A stretch of 63,398 nucleotides of DNA, counting the filler, from Octopus bimaculoides (Eukaryota), in assembly GCF_001194135.2 (NCBI RefSeq). It is 6 parts of 6 records of this genome, joined end to end, with 100 filler letters (N's around TTAATTAATTAA, not from the genome) between each part and the next. Parts side by side here need not be neighbours in the genome. Positions count along the whole stretch, not along the records: positions 51,197 to 60,853 come from NC_068981.1; positions 60,954 to 63,398 come from NW_026354183.1; 4 more parts are not named here. The stretch is one strand, 5' to 3'. The notes under the pieces are model-generated. The model had not been told where the DNA came from. It was given only the letters and a program-made list of their open reading frames with translations, and ran no database searches. Below are positions 51,452 through 63,398 of the stretch, one piece after another. A program made the position numbers and the translations under genes. Numbering within the stretch: position 1 is the stretch's first letter; each line of letters starts with the position of its first letter.

Positions 51452-54082
51452 TATATATATTTTCTCACTCACATATATCATCATATATTGGAAAAAATTA
51501 AAAAGAAATAAAGTATAATCAAGGTAGTTAAATAAACTATCATATCCCACTATATAATTCCTATAATTTATAAATATATATGAGCATAATGACATTTAGA
51601 CAAAATGTGTTTATTTTACGTACGATTTTCCGCCAAGCTTTGACCAATTGTGTTTTCTCAGTAAAAGCTCGATCAGATATTCACGTTCGATTCTGCTATA
51701 ATGTATTAAGAATAAAGAGATACGTTATCGTTTGGATTTTCGTTATTCTGCGCCCATCCTATGAATTAACATCTTTTTCTTTTTTATGGCTTGACAAAGA
51801 ACCATATATTTCTGACTAGGAAGACAGTTCCATAACTTTTTTCCTGTATTTATTTTTTCTTTTATTACAGACAAGCGAAATTGTGAGGTTTGGAGAATAT
51901 TAGTTCCTAAATTTCAGAGTTATAATTGTCTAGCAAGAGACTTGCTCAGGTAATGTAAGTTGGAACCGAAATAATTACATATTGTTAAGAACCATCTTCA
52001 CTATTTAATTCACTTTATATTTATTTTGTAGAGTATCAAAAGTTTCGTGGCACAACTACAGTATGGTTACTCACATAAGTTTCACTGCAACAATTCCAGA
52101 AGCAGTTATGCGATGAAAAGTTTTGATCTTTAAAATTCATTTAGAGTGAATCGGAAGAGCTGTGCGAGTTATTAGATTGCTAAAATAGCTATTCTTCATT
52201 AGTCTCAAAGTTGAGTTGAAATCGTTTCAAACTCTTGCACTAAAGAGCCCAAGAATGTGGATTCACTTTAACTGGGAAATAATGCTACTTTCTCGTAACG
52301 GCTGATTATATTTTACAAGAAAATATCGTAAGCTACTTTTACTATTTTAAATATACAATAGTCATGAGCCAATATTGCTTATTTAATGGATGATACTTCG
52401 TGGTATTATTCAAGACATGAAATGTTTATCCAAATTTTGATAAACATAATAAACGTAAATGTAGGATTTTAATATATTGACTTCAGAAAAAGCGTAGAGT
52501 ACATTAATGTTATTTTATAAACCAAGGAATATTTAAATATGTTTCTTTTGAAATAAAGCACACGAGTTCTTTTGTTCTTTTGTTATTGAGGTTGTTTTTG
52601 TTTTTTTTTTGTTTTTCGAGGACTTCCCAGTGACACCGAAAGTACGTGAACATTTTCAACCAACCGTAGGTATTCAAATGCTAAAATAATATGGTATTGG
52701 TATGGTTCGCTCTTTTAAGGCGGCTAGTTAGCACGCCACGCACAATGTTTAGTGACATTTCATTCGTCTTTCTTTTCTGAGTTCAAAAATCCTCCGAGAT
52801 CGACATTGCCTTAAAAAAAGTAGCTGTTGAGTACTGGAGTCGATCTAATCAAAATTTGAAACGTTATTATGTTACCCACTGCCCACTTGACGGTTGAACG
52901 ACGCGTTTTAATTGCTTAAACAATATAGTATTCTTTTAAATCGGAAGCAGCTGCATTTGAAGTGTTTATCGGAGGATTCTCAGCTGTGAATAATGTTTAT
53001 ATGAAGTAAGTTAACCTATATGCTTAATGTCGTGTCACGATTGATCAGATATAGCATTCGTCTTGTGTTTTGATTAGAGTATAAAGCAACAATGATTCCT
53101 TCAATGAGAGTTATTTAAAGTTCATCTGATGCTTTTTGCATGTACAGGCTTGATGCTTTGTTTATCTCCTGCCCAAATATAGATTAAATGACTAGTCAAA
53201 CGGAAAAGATAATACATATTAATAACCTTCTTTTATACCTCCAACCTCTCTTATATTTTATACATCTCTTTTCCTTTTTATCTTTCATTCTATTATTTTA
53301 GAAACCTTATAAATGAAAATGTATCTTATAAGCAATAAAAATTAAACAATGAAGAGATGCAGATAAACGGTTATGCGATCAGCTAATTTCTTTGATCTCT
53401 TTTATGAAAAGAAATCTGAAGAGATATCAGAGAATCGCTGGAAAAGTATATCTAGTTTTAATTTCAATAGCACATGATGGATGGTGTGTGTTTTTCGTTT
53501 ATTATTTGTCTGTTCACGTATACCACTTAGCTCGTGTCAGGATTGTGTTCTTATCAGATATATGCTTTTTTGCAGCTACCGCCACTGGTTGTACAATGTG
53601 CAATATTACTCTTCAGGATTTGGATGTTACACACAACTTTGACCAGAGATAGCTGTCAAATGATCCCTTTTGATTGACACACACCCGAGAGTGATATTTC
53701 TAAAGTCGGCTGACCAAGTTCTTTCACAGGAAATTTGGTGAACGAAAACTATGTGGAAGTATGAGAAACTTCCATTTAGTTTCCGTTTATCAATCATTAA
53801 TCATTAATATACTAGACACTAAAGCAGAGAAAACTTACCCAAAGTGTTGTACGTTATGATTGAACTCGAAACCATACCAGTGTAAAGCGAATTTCTTAAC
53901 TACACATCCAATTCTAATTTTTAACTCTTCATGCTGAAGCGCTACCCTGAAGGAATTTTTGTCAATTACATCGGAATCAACAGAATTTCAATCGGGTACT
54001 TGCTTTATTAATTGTACACGTCAAACCACTAAATCACTGGATATTAAGGAAAAGGAATGCAAGATAAACACCAATTTTATAT

Positions 54083-54700
54083 ATTTATAATCAAGGCTAC
54101 AAGTACTAGCGTTGCTAGAAATAAATGTCGAAAAATACTCATATAAGCCACAATATCACTGTAAATTCAACAAGTAGACGGACATCGAGTATTTTTCGAC
54201 TCTTATTTCTAGCAACGCTGGTATTTCTACTCTTGATTATAAATTTATAAATTTTACTTTTTGGTTTTTATGCTTGCTAGCCACTTATATTATTATTATT
54301 TATTAATAATAATATATTTATTTACGTGTAATTATATACTTCTATCGTTTGAATTTCACGCTAGTCTTTCAACGATTTTAACAAGCATGACGAAGCGGGT
54401 ATTAGTTTAACTCCAGGAGGTGAGACCCATTGGTGAGAATTAAGAGTAATAATCTCAGACTTTAAAATCACGGGATATGGTTATGTCTGCTATTCATTTG
54501 CGTCATTCCCCCGCAATAGTAGGTTGGCTTTTACTCGCTCCTCGATTTTCGTCAACTTGTTAAATTTACAGTGATATTGTGGCTTATTTGAGTATTTTTC
54601 GACTTTTATTTCAAGATATGCTGGTAATTGTACCTTTGATTATAAATTTGTAAATTTATCTTATTGGTTTTTATGCTTGCTAGCCACTTTTATTATTATT
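54083..54700. repeat. Compound inverted/direct repeat (fold-back)
   Basis: 54083-54140 pairs with 54187-54244; 54083-54180 also pairs with 54550-54647; 54187-54300 is directly repeated at 54589-54700. Confidence 0.75.
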
Positions 54701-54834
54701 ATTTATTAATAATATGTTTATTTGTGTGTGTATANNNNNNNNNNNNNNNNNNNNNNNNNNNNNNNNNNNNNNNNNNNNNNNNNNNNNNNNNNNNNNNNNN
54801 NNNNNNNNNNNNNNNNNNNNNNNNNNNNNNNNNN

Positions 54835-54865
<31 letters not shown>

Positions 54866-54889
54866 GTTGTTGTTGTTGTTATTTGTTCA

Positions 54890-55082
54890 ATGACAACAAT
54901 AATAATATCGAAAAATACCTTAGGAACGAGAACCCAGGTTCGAAATTTCCCCCCAAACACCTGAAGAAGGCTGGAGGGTATATCAGCCGAAACGTTGTGT
55001 TAATAACAGACAAGATGAAGAAAAATATCCACCGAATGTAAATAATGTACATAATTCCTCATCTCTTAAATATAGAACTGTA
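54890..55082 (+). mobile_element. Second copy (3' half) of the hammerhead-bearing repeat
   Basis: ttaggaacgagaacccaggttcgaaatttcccc...acacctgaagaaggctggagggtatatcagccgaaacgttgtgttaa...ctcttaaatatagaactgta matches the 41026-41365 element. Confidence 0.8.
54956..55001 (+). ncRNA. Minimal type I hammerhead ribozyme
   Basis: aacac CUGAAGA a ggctg-gagggtatat-cagcc GAA ACGU U gtgtt. Confidence 0.75.
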
Positions 55083-55439
55083 TTTTATTATAGTTTACAA
55101 ATTACACTATACTTATTTAAGTAGAATTTGGCTAATTTACTACCTTAAATACAGAAAAAAGTGACTAATTAGACAAACTTACAAATTAGTAGAACAGTTT
55201 TGTACAATAAATTTAAAAGATGTGAACTGTAAAGAGTGATAAATTAGAAGTGGTATTCTTTGCTGCAATATTTTAAGTAAAAAGTTTCTTATTCTTTACT
55301 TTACTTGAAGTAATAGTTTGTCCTATACTTTTACAGGTGTAATAACTTGTCCTGTATTTTTCTAGGTTTATAATCTTAAGAATATTACTTTTCATGCTCG
55401 CATTTTTCCATGTAATATATCCTCTCCTAACCAACTACC

Positions 55440-55600
55440 TGACGGGGATGGGCATCGAAACTCTTCCTCAAACTACCTACAGTTCTGACCTTTCTCCCTG
55501 TGACTTTTGGTTGTTTTCCAAGTTGAAGGAGAACATCAGGAGAAGTCGTTCTGAATACACTGAGAAAATGAAGGAGGGGTCTCCAGTTCTTGTAGTGACG
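55440..55600 (+). mobile_element. mariner transposase C-terminal fragment
   Basis: GIETLPQTTYSSDLSPCDFWLFSKLKE matches the mariner YSPDLAPCDFxLF motif. Confidence 0.75.
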
Positions 55601-55621
55601 ATGGTGGAGGATATCGACTCG

Positions 55622-56440
55622 TTACTTGTTTTTTTCTAAAATGCGCCATAAATGTTCAATAATATTGAAATCTGGGGATTGCCGTGGCCAGATAAGATGT
55701 TCAACTTCACTAGAATGTTCCTCGTGCCATTCAGTAATAATTTTAGCTGTGTGAATTGGTGCATTATCATCCTGAAAAATTGCGTTTCCCTCTAGGAACA
55801 GTTCCGCAAACATAGGATGAATTTGATCAGACAAAATGTTTAAATAGTCTTGACTATTAATTCTGCCATGAACGGAGACCATTGGGCCGGCGGATTTCCA
55901 AGATATAGCTCCTCAGATCATCACGGATCCTCCTCCGTGTTTAACAGTTGGAAGAAGGCAGTCTGGGTCAAATGCTTCTTTTGGCTGTCTCCACACATAT
56001 ACTCAACCGGTGGTCGGAAATAAGGTAAAGGATGACTTGTCCGAGAAAATAACATTCTTCCACTGCTCTAGGGACTGATTCTGTAAGTTTTTACACCACT
56101 CTAAACGCTTTGCAGCGTTTGTTTTTGAAAGTAGTGATTTTCTGATTGCAACTCTCCCGTGAAATCCGGCTTTGTGCAACTCTCGGTGAACAGTTTTTGT
56201 GGAAATTGTGTTTTCGATGTGGTCATTAAGCTCTGCGGTAATTTTGGGCGCTGTACTTTTGTGATCGTTTCTAACAATTCACGTAAGTGTCCGACTCTCC
56301 CTATCTGAAAGTTTTGGTTTTCTTCCGGAGTTTTGTTTCGACGAGGAGGTTTTTTCGTTCTTTCTCAGAGGCTGTCATTACTTTCGAGACAGTACTTCTT
56401 GATACACCAAGCATTTCGGCTGTTTTCGTTATTATGCGTA
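55622..56440 (-). mobile_element. Tc1-like transposase fragment with DD36E spacing, decayed
   Basis: NVIFSDKSSF...PTVKHGGGSVMI*GAISW...FQDDNAPIHTAKIITEWHEEHSSEVEHLIWPRQSPDFNIIEHLW; 36 residues between the second D and the E. Confidence 0.85.
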
Positions 56441-56808
56441 AATATTTGCATTGAGAACGAAGAAGTGATGCACAAAAATTTTGATAAAGTAGACATTTTC
56501 TGGTTTATTTTACAAAGTGTGGAACATACAAATTACCACTGAAAGACGAGAGAAGGAAAGCACCTTGGCCTGTTGAAACAGTAACCCAATTTCCCTCGTA
56601 CTACGCCTCACTAACTATTTTAATATATATNNNNNNNNNNNNNNNNNNNNNNNNNNNNNNNNNNNNNNNNNNNNNNNNNNNNNNNNNNNNNNNNNNNNNN
56701 NNNNNNNNNNNNNNNNNNNNNNNNNNNNNNNNNNNNNNNNNNNNNNNNNNNNNNNNNNNNATATATACATGCATACGTGCATACATATATCTATATATCT
56801 GCATAATA

Positions 56809-56844
<36 letters not shown>

Positions 56845-57254
56845 TGTATGTATGTATGTATGTTTGTACGTGAATAGGAGACGCAATGGTTATGGCTGAA
56901 ATGGCTCTTTTCAATAGTATGCATAATCAGGGATGACTTATCGTTGAACAACAGCGGCAAACGAAGTTTCCAATAAAATATTTTAGTCAATGCCTGTAGG
57001 GTTTTACTGGAGATATTAACCTTTTAGTCAGACGAGAAAGTACAGTCCCCCAGTCTTAAGCAAGTAGAAGAAAGAGAGATAGTAAGCTTCAGATGAGTGG
57101 CCTAGCCTGAAGGCTTACACCAGATTGACCTCTACTTAAGTCACTCGTGGGCTAAGCGATTGTGTATCAGATAGTCAAGAGATGGAAGAAATACCGCGAG
57201 ACACTTAGCCACGTTATATCCGTTTGCCCAGTCTCATCCACCCCTACCCCCAAA

Positions 57255-57640
57255 ATACAGCCATAAACATAAGAGTAGCAGCTTACATACACTGGAAGTT
57301 CGACAGAAATGAAATTGTAGAGTCATACATAAGTCTCCGAGAATGGCAAAGCAACTTACATGTTGATATGCCAATACATACAGATCAAAGCGATCAAGGA
57401 TACTGTTGTTAAGGACCATCAGGAAAAGAGATGCTTCCTAATCGACATATCAGGTCCATCAGATGATAATGTATTTCTAAATGAGATGGAGAAGTCCTCT
57501 TAATATAAGAGATGGAAATAACCTGAGCGTAGGTTCTGAAAACAGACGCAGTCCCTATAGTTATAGGTACTTTGGGAATGATTTTTTAAAAAAGCATGCA
57601 GACAAATACATAACCAAAATCCAAGGGCTAACACATAGTC
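57255..57640 (+). mobile_element. Older decayed 3' fragment of the R4/Dong-type LINE
   Basis: gatatgccaatacatacagat...gttaaggaccatcaggaaaagagatgcttcctaatcgac...gatgataatgt..ttctaaa.gagatggagaa parallels 60575-60720. Confidence 0.7.
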
Positions 57641-59225
57641 ATAAACACAAATAGTCATAAACACCACATATATATTGTATGGAGTGTATCAATTCAGTAA
57701 CAATAGCAAAATACTGCGGAAGATACAATGAGCGACAGTCGGTAGCGCAATGAAAGCACACAATAGAAAAAAATAATAAATTGGAAGAGGAGGAGGGAAG
57801 AAGAAGAAGAAGAAGAAGAGGAGGAAGATGAGGAAGAAGAAGAAGCGGAGGAGGAGGAGGAGGAGGAGNNNNNNNNNNNNNNNNNNNNNNNNNNNNNNNN
57901 NNNNNNNNNNNNNNNNNNNNNNNNNNNNNNNNNNNNNNNNNNNNNNNNNNNNNNNNNNNNNNNNNNNNNNNNNNNNNNNNNNNNNNNNNNNNNNNNNNNN
58001 NNNNNNNNNNNNNNNNNNNNNNNNNNNNNNNNNNNNNNNNNNNNNNNNNNNNNNNNNNNNNNNNNNNNNNNNNNNNNNNNNNNNNNNNNNNNNNNNNNNN
58101 NNNNNNNNNNNNNNNNNNNNNNNNNNNNNNNNNNNNNNNNNNNNNNNNNNNNNNNNNNNNNNNNNNNNNNNNNNNNNNNNNNNNNNNNNNNNNNNNNNNN
58201 NNNNNNNNNNNNNNNNNNNNNNNNNNNNNNNNNNNNNNNNNNNNNNNNNNNNNNNNNNNNNNNNNNNNNNNNNNNNNNNNNNNNNNNNNNNNNNNNNNNN
58301 NNNNNNNNNNNNNNNNNNNNNNNNNNNNNNNNNNNNNNNNNNNNNNNNNNNNNNAACAAATCAACTATGTCCAAGGTTAAACTAATCAGCAACAAAAACG
58401 CTATCGGCCGGGCCATTATGTTTGACGAATTTCATAGCGTGAGTTCATTGAAATCACGACACGAAAACAATAATAAAGGTGTTTTCTCAAAAGGCCACCT
58501 TTGTTATTATGTTCGTGTCAAAACAAAAGGGTTCGTCTCTTAAATGTTAGCAACCAAAATAAAAAAAAATAAAGCAATATTTTGAAGGAACGCTGGACCA
58601 AAGAACGCAATTTTCAAGCATTGCATTTATATATCTAAAAAGTATTAAGAAATTCTGTATTTAAAACACAATATCTGAAGTACACGACTATTGTAAAATG
58701 TTTGAATTATTGAAAAAAAGAAACAAAGTAATGGAAAATAACACGGCAGTTGATCTTGCGAATGTATGAAGATTTATATTAAATAATAAGACCCCCAAAT
58801 TTAAAATGAGAATGTATACTGAAAATAGGAAGATTGCATACTGAAAATAACCGATTGCAAAAGAAAAAATAACCTATCACAGAATGAAAGCATCACGAGT
58901 ATACATAAAATACATTAACATTAAAACCTCTGTAAAATTATTGCAGAACCCACCATAACCAGGAGTAAAGAGAACATTATAATAAATCAAAGACAGACAC
59001 AAAGAAAAAGAATGCAAATAAAAAGAAATGTGATGAAGAAAGCAGAATTCGTTTTAGAAATACTCAAACAAATTATACGACCACAACGAATGTTCACTCC
59101 AAAAACTATATCTATCAAACAGAAAAAGGAAAGCGCACATAACTGCAGCGCAATGTGAGTTAATATTAAAGAGAGCCTAACAGAAATAATGATAATGATG
59201 ATGATAATAATAATAATAATAATAA

Positions 59226-59393
59226 TCCTTTCTGATAAAGGCACAAGCCTTGAAATTTGGGCGAGGCGGGTAGTCCATTACATTGGCCCCGAAACGATGT
59301 AAGGCGAAATCGGAATTGAACTCAGTACGTGAAAACGGACGAAATGCCGCTAAGCATTTTGCCCGGCGTGCTAACAATTCTGCCAACTCACCG

Positions 59394-59395
<2 letters not shown>
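59226..59395 (-). mobile_element. Family A SINE between (AAT)n tracts
   Basis: Reverse complement begins cagcggtgagttggcagaattgttagcacgccgggcaaaatgcttagcggc. Confidence 0.75.
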
Positions 59396-59454
<59 letters not shown>

Positions 59455-59455
<1 letters not shown>

Positions 59456-60853
59456 CAAAGAAATAGATACGAAATTTGGATTAGAATAATGTTCCAAAGC
59501 AACCCTGAAAAGGGGAAAACTAGTTAAGAGTAGCAACATCACACTAGATAATGCCAATGAAATAAGAGAATTAGACCAAAGCCAGACATACAAATATTTA
59601 GGAATCAATGAATTAGATAGGATACAAAACACGCAAATGAAAGAGAAAATAGAGAAAGAATACTATAGACAAGTTAGATCAATACTGAAAACAGAGCTCA
59701 ATGCTAAAAACAAGATAATAGGTATTAACACTTTAGCCGTCCCAGTTATAAGTTACAGCTACAATATCCTTAACTGGACACTAAATGAACTAACGAAAAT
59801 AGGCAGGAAAACAAGAAAAATAGTGACAGGATCTAGGATGCACCACCCAAAATCTGACATAGAAATGCTATATATATACAACGTACAGAAGGTGGTAGAG
59901 GTCTAATACAGCTGGAAAACTATTGTAAAATAACCACCATAGGACTGCAAAAATACCTACTCCAGAAGCAAGGAAAACTAATACAAATAGCCACAAAACA
60001 CGAGCAAAACAAAAAACTGTTTTCATTATTTAAGGAAGATGACAAATACAAACAAGAAATCATACTACCTAACAAATATGAAGAAGAAGAAGAAACAACA
60101 AAAGCTATAAAACTAATGAAATCCAAACTAAAACTAGAACAGTAACGGACCATGATGAAACAATGGCAAGAAAAGCCTCTTCATGGCAAATACTGGGATA
60201 AACTAAATGCAAAAGAAATAGACAGAGAAAAATCCCAGCAATGGTTGAGAAGCTCAGGACTCAAAGCAGAGACTGAAGGATTTTTAATTGCTGCACAAGA
60301 CCAAAGCCTCTCCACCAGAAATTGCCAAAAACATATAATGAAAAGAAATATAACAAGTAACTGCAGAATATGTGGCGATGGATAAGAAACAATAAATCAT
60401 ATTATCTCTGGCTGTCCAGTCCTGGCTAAGAAGGAATATATTCACAGACACGAAAGAGCTGGGACCTACATACACTGAAAGCTATACCAACACTATGGAA
60501 TAACAACAGAAAAAGGTGGTATAGGCACACACCAGAAAAGGTCACAGAAACCGAGAAAGCAACCATACTCTGGGATATGCCAATACACACAGATAGTGAA
60601 ATTAAGGCCAATAGACCAGATATAGTTGTCAAAGATCATGAAGAAAAAAAATGCTTTCTAATTGATGTATGAATACCAGCAGATGACAACGTCTCTCTAA
60701 AAGAAATGGAGAAACTTTCAAAATACAAAGACCTGGAAATAGAGGTAATTCGAATGTGGAATCTAAAAACAGAAACAATTCCTATCATAGTAGGCGCCTT
60801 AGGTATGATAAAAAAAATATTCAGACAATACATAACAAAAACACCAGGACTTA
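59455..60853 (+). mobile_element. R4/Dong-clade non-LTR retrotransposon, 5'-truncated (RT thumb, CCHC finger, restriction-like endonuclease)
   Basis: YKYLG...NKIIGINTLAVPVISYS...WQEKPLHGKY...LKAETEGFLIAAQDQSL...CRICGDG*ETINHIISGC...ILWD...ANRPDIVV...KYKDLEIEV...PIIVGALG; several stops and frameshifts; runs into a join. Confidence 0.88.
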
Positions 60854-60953
60854 NNNNNNNNNNNNNNNNNNNNNNNNNNNNNNNNNNNNNNNNNNNNTTA
60901 ATTAATTAANNNNNNNNNNNNNNNNNNNNNNNNNNNNNNNNNNNNNNNNNNNN
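60854..60953. other. Scaffold-join placeholder
   Basis: 44 N + TTAATTAATTAA + 44 N. Confidence 0.9.
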
Positions 60954-60967
60954 ACACACACACACAA

Positions 60968-61014
<47 letters not shown>

Positions 61015-61371
61015 CACACGTAACCTCATATAACACCTGCACACACGCATTCTCACATACACAAACAGCCCCAAACGTTAGAATTACGCACATACACACA
61101 CACACACACACATGTAAATACAAACACACGTGCACACACATACACACACCTTCTTGAGAGAGTTCATTGAGCATTATTCTTTATATGCGCTTCGTTGCAC
61201 ATGCATAAACACACACGCATACACAACACACACACATTAACACACATACAAACATATTCAAGCAAACATACGCACGCCCACGCATACACACACGCACACA
61301 CACACACACACACGCACGCACGCACGCACGCATGTTAATACACACATTCACATGTTCAATGCAATACACGG

Positions 61372-61407
<36 letters not shown>

Positions 61408-62248
61408 GTATACAGCAGCGCATGCACACACACCCAGACGTGCGCAGACGCACACTCATACATAACAACAAACACACACCCACNNNNNNNNNNNNNNNNN
61501 NNNNNNNNNNNNNNNNNNNNNNNNNNNNNNNNNNNNNNNNNNNNNNNNNNNNNNNNNNNNNNNNNNNNNNNNNNNNNNNNNNNNNNNNNNNNNNNNNNNN
61601 NNNNNNNNNNNNNNNNNNNNNNNNNNNNNNNNNNNNNNNNNNNNNNNNNNNNNNNNNNNNNNNNNNNNNNNNNNNNNNNNNNNNNNNNNNNNNNNNNNNN
61701 NNNNNNNNNNNNNNNNNNNNNNNNNNNNNNNNNNNNNNNNNNNNNNNNNNNNNNNNNNNNNNNNNNNNNNNNNNNNNNNNNNNNNNNNNNNNNNNNNNNN
61801 NNNNNNNNNNNNNNNNNNNNNNNNNNNNNNNNNNNNNNNNNNNNNNNNNNNNNNNNNNNNNNNNNNNNNNNNNNNNNNNNNNNNNNNNNNNNNNNNNNNN
61901 NNNNNNNNNNNNNNNNNNNNNNNNNNNNNNNNNNNNNNNNNNNNNNNNNNNNNNNNNNNNNNNNNNNNNNNNNNNNNNNNNNNNNNNNNNNNNNNNNNNN
62001 NNNNNNNNNNNNNNNNNNNNNNNNNNNNNNNNNNNNNNNNNNNNNNNNNNNNNNNNNNNNNNNNNNNNNNNNNNNNNNNNNNNNNNNNNNNNNNNNNNNN
62101 NNNNNNNNNNNNNNNNNNNNNNNNNNNNNNNNNNNNNNNNNNNNNNNNNNNNNNNNNNNNNNNNNNNNNNNNNNNNNNNNNNNNNNNNNNNNNNNNNNNN
62201 NNNNNNNNNNNNNNNNNNNNNNNNNNNNNNNNNNNNNNNNNNNNNNNN

Positions 62249-62590
62249 GTTACGTTCTCAGTTCAAATTCCACCGAGCTCGACTTTGCCTTCCGGGGTCG
62301 ATAAATTAAGTACCAGTAGCGTACTGAGGTCGATCTAATCGACTGGTACTCTCCACAAAAAATTTCGGGCCTTGTGCCTAGAGAGTAGAAAAGAATATTC
62401 TAAAGGCGGTGAGCTGGCGGAAAAGTTAGCACGGCGGGCGAAATGCTTAGCGGTATTTCGTCTGTCTTTGCGTTCTGAGTTCAAATTCCGCTGAGATCGT
62501 CTTTGCCTTTCATCCTTTCGGGGTAGATAATTTAAGTACTAGTTGCGTGCTGGAGTCAATCTAATCGACTGGCCCTCCCCTAAAATTTCT
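62249..62590 (+). mobile_element. Two tandem family A SINEs
   Basis: 62249-62397 is the 3' part with the ...gtgcctagagagtagaaaagaa tail; 62401-62590 is a full head and core. Confidence 0.8.
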
Positions 62591-63398
62591 CAACCACATG
62601 GTTCCAGGCTCATTCCCACCACGTGGCTCATCGGAGCCTCGAATATGAAGTACAATATATTGTGGGATTGAACCTGGGTCCATGTGGTTGGGAAGCAAGC
62701 TTCTTACTGCACAACCTCTCTATATATAATATATACATAGTTGGCACGGTTTGGTAGAATGGGTTCAATCACGCTATGTGTTACTTTGGGTAAATGTTAT
62801 TTTCTATCACCTCGAGTCAAAAGACATGCTCTAAAGAAAGTTGTGCGGACGGAAACTCGGAAATTGTACTGAAGCACGTCGAGTGGATTGCACCTCTAAT
62901 TGGAACCGTGTGTGCATGTATGTGTACGTGTGTGTGATGTGTGTGCAGGGTGTGTGCGTGTGCGTGTTGTGTGTGTGTAATTGTTTCTTTCATGAAGTGT
63001 CTCGAATGCAGACTGTTATATAAAATAGCTTATAAAATTCTAGACAAAACGCATTCGGCAGGAAAAAGTGAACTTACACACGTGTATACATGCAGCTCCA
63101 CCATTCCCACTGGTGCTATCACAACCCGCATTCCAACAAGTACCACCACAACCGCTATCATTACTACCACCAACAACAATAACAACAACAAAGTTAGGAG
63201 ATTTGCGTAAGCGAAAAGCTTCAGATATCATAAAAGGAAGTGGTATCATTTAACAGTAGATCAGAGATAATCTCTAATTGCCGCCCGATTCAAAATCTTA
63301 CTCGTCGTATCTTAATGACTGTATTCCCCATTAGAGGTATTTACATTTCGATATGTGGCTCTGCTTTACTTTCAAATGACACACACACACACACACAC

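Overview
Eukaryotic, AT-rich, microsatellite-dense draft sequence with many N gaps. The SINE families and composition point to a cephalopod, probably Octopus (inference from recalled repeat consensuses; not checked). Two protein-coding genes are supported by spliced reading frames. (1) A plus-strand class IA PI3-kinase p110 gene fragment: 13 exons at 30686-43931 covering the C2, helical and N-lobe kinase regions. Its 5' (ABD/RBD) and 3' (DRH/DFG) exons were not found. (2) A minus-strand two-exon 3' portion of a gene with a MIDAS-degenerate vWA domain (27351-26878 joined to 21956-21667). A possible TATA box plus signal-peptide first exon lies at 5377-5184 (minus). The rest is repeats: several tRNA-derived SINE families; RTE, CR1-like, R4/Dong and Penelope retroelement fragments; three Tc1/mariner types including a DD36E transposase; a hAT MITE; and fold-back repeats. 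The most notable signals are three hammerhead-ribozyme folds. One follows a Penelope ORF in a PI3K intron in the sense orientation. Two belong to a short repeat; its 41026-41365 copy combines a tRNA-type Pol III head with a hammerhead and is flanked by a 13-bp target-site duplication. Five 100-bp N44-TTAATTAATTAA-N44 placeholders mark scaffold joins, so long-range order across them is uncertain. All alignments and counts were done by eye.
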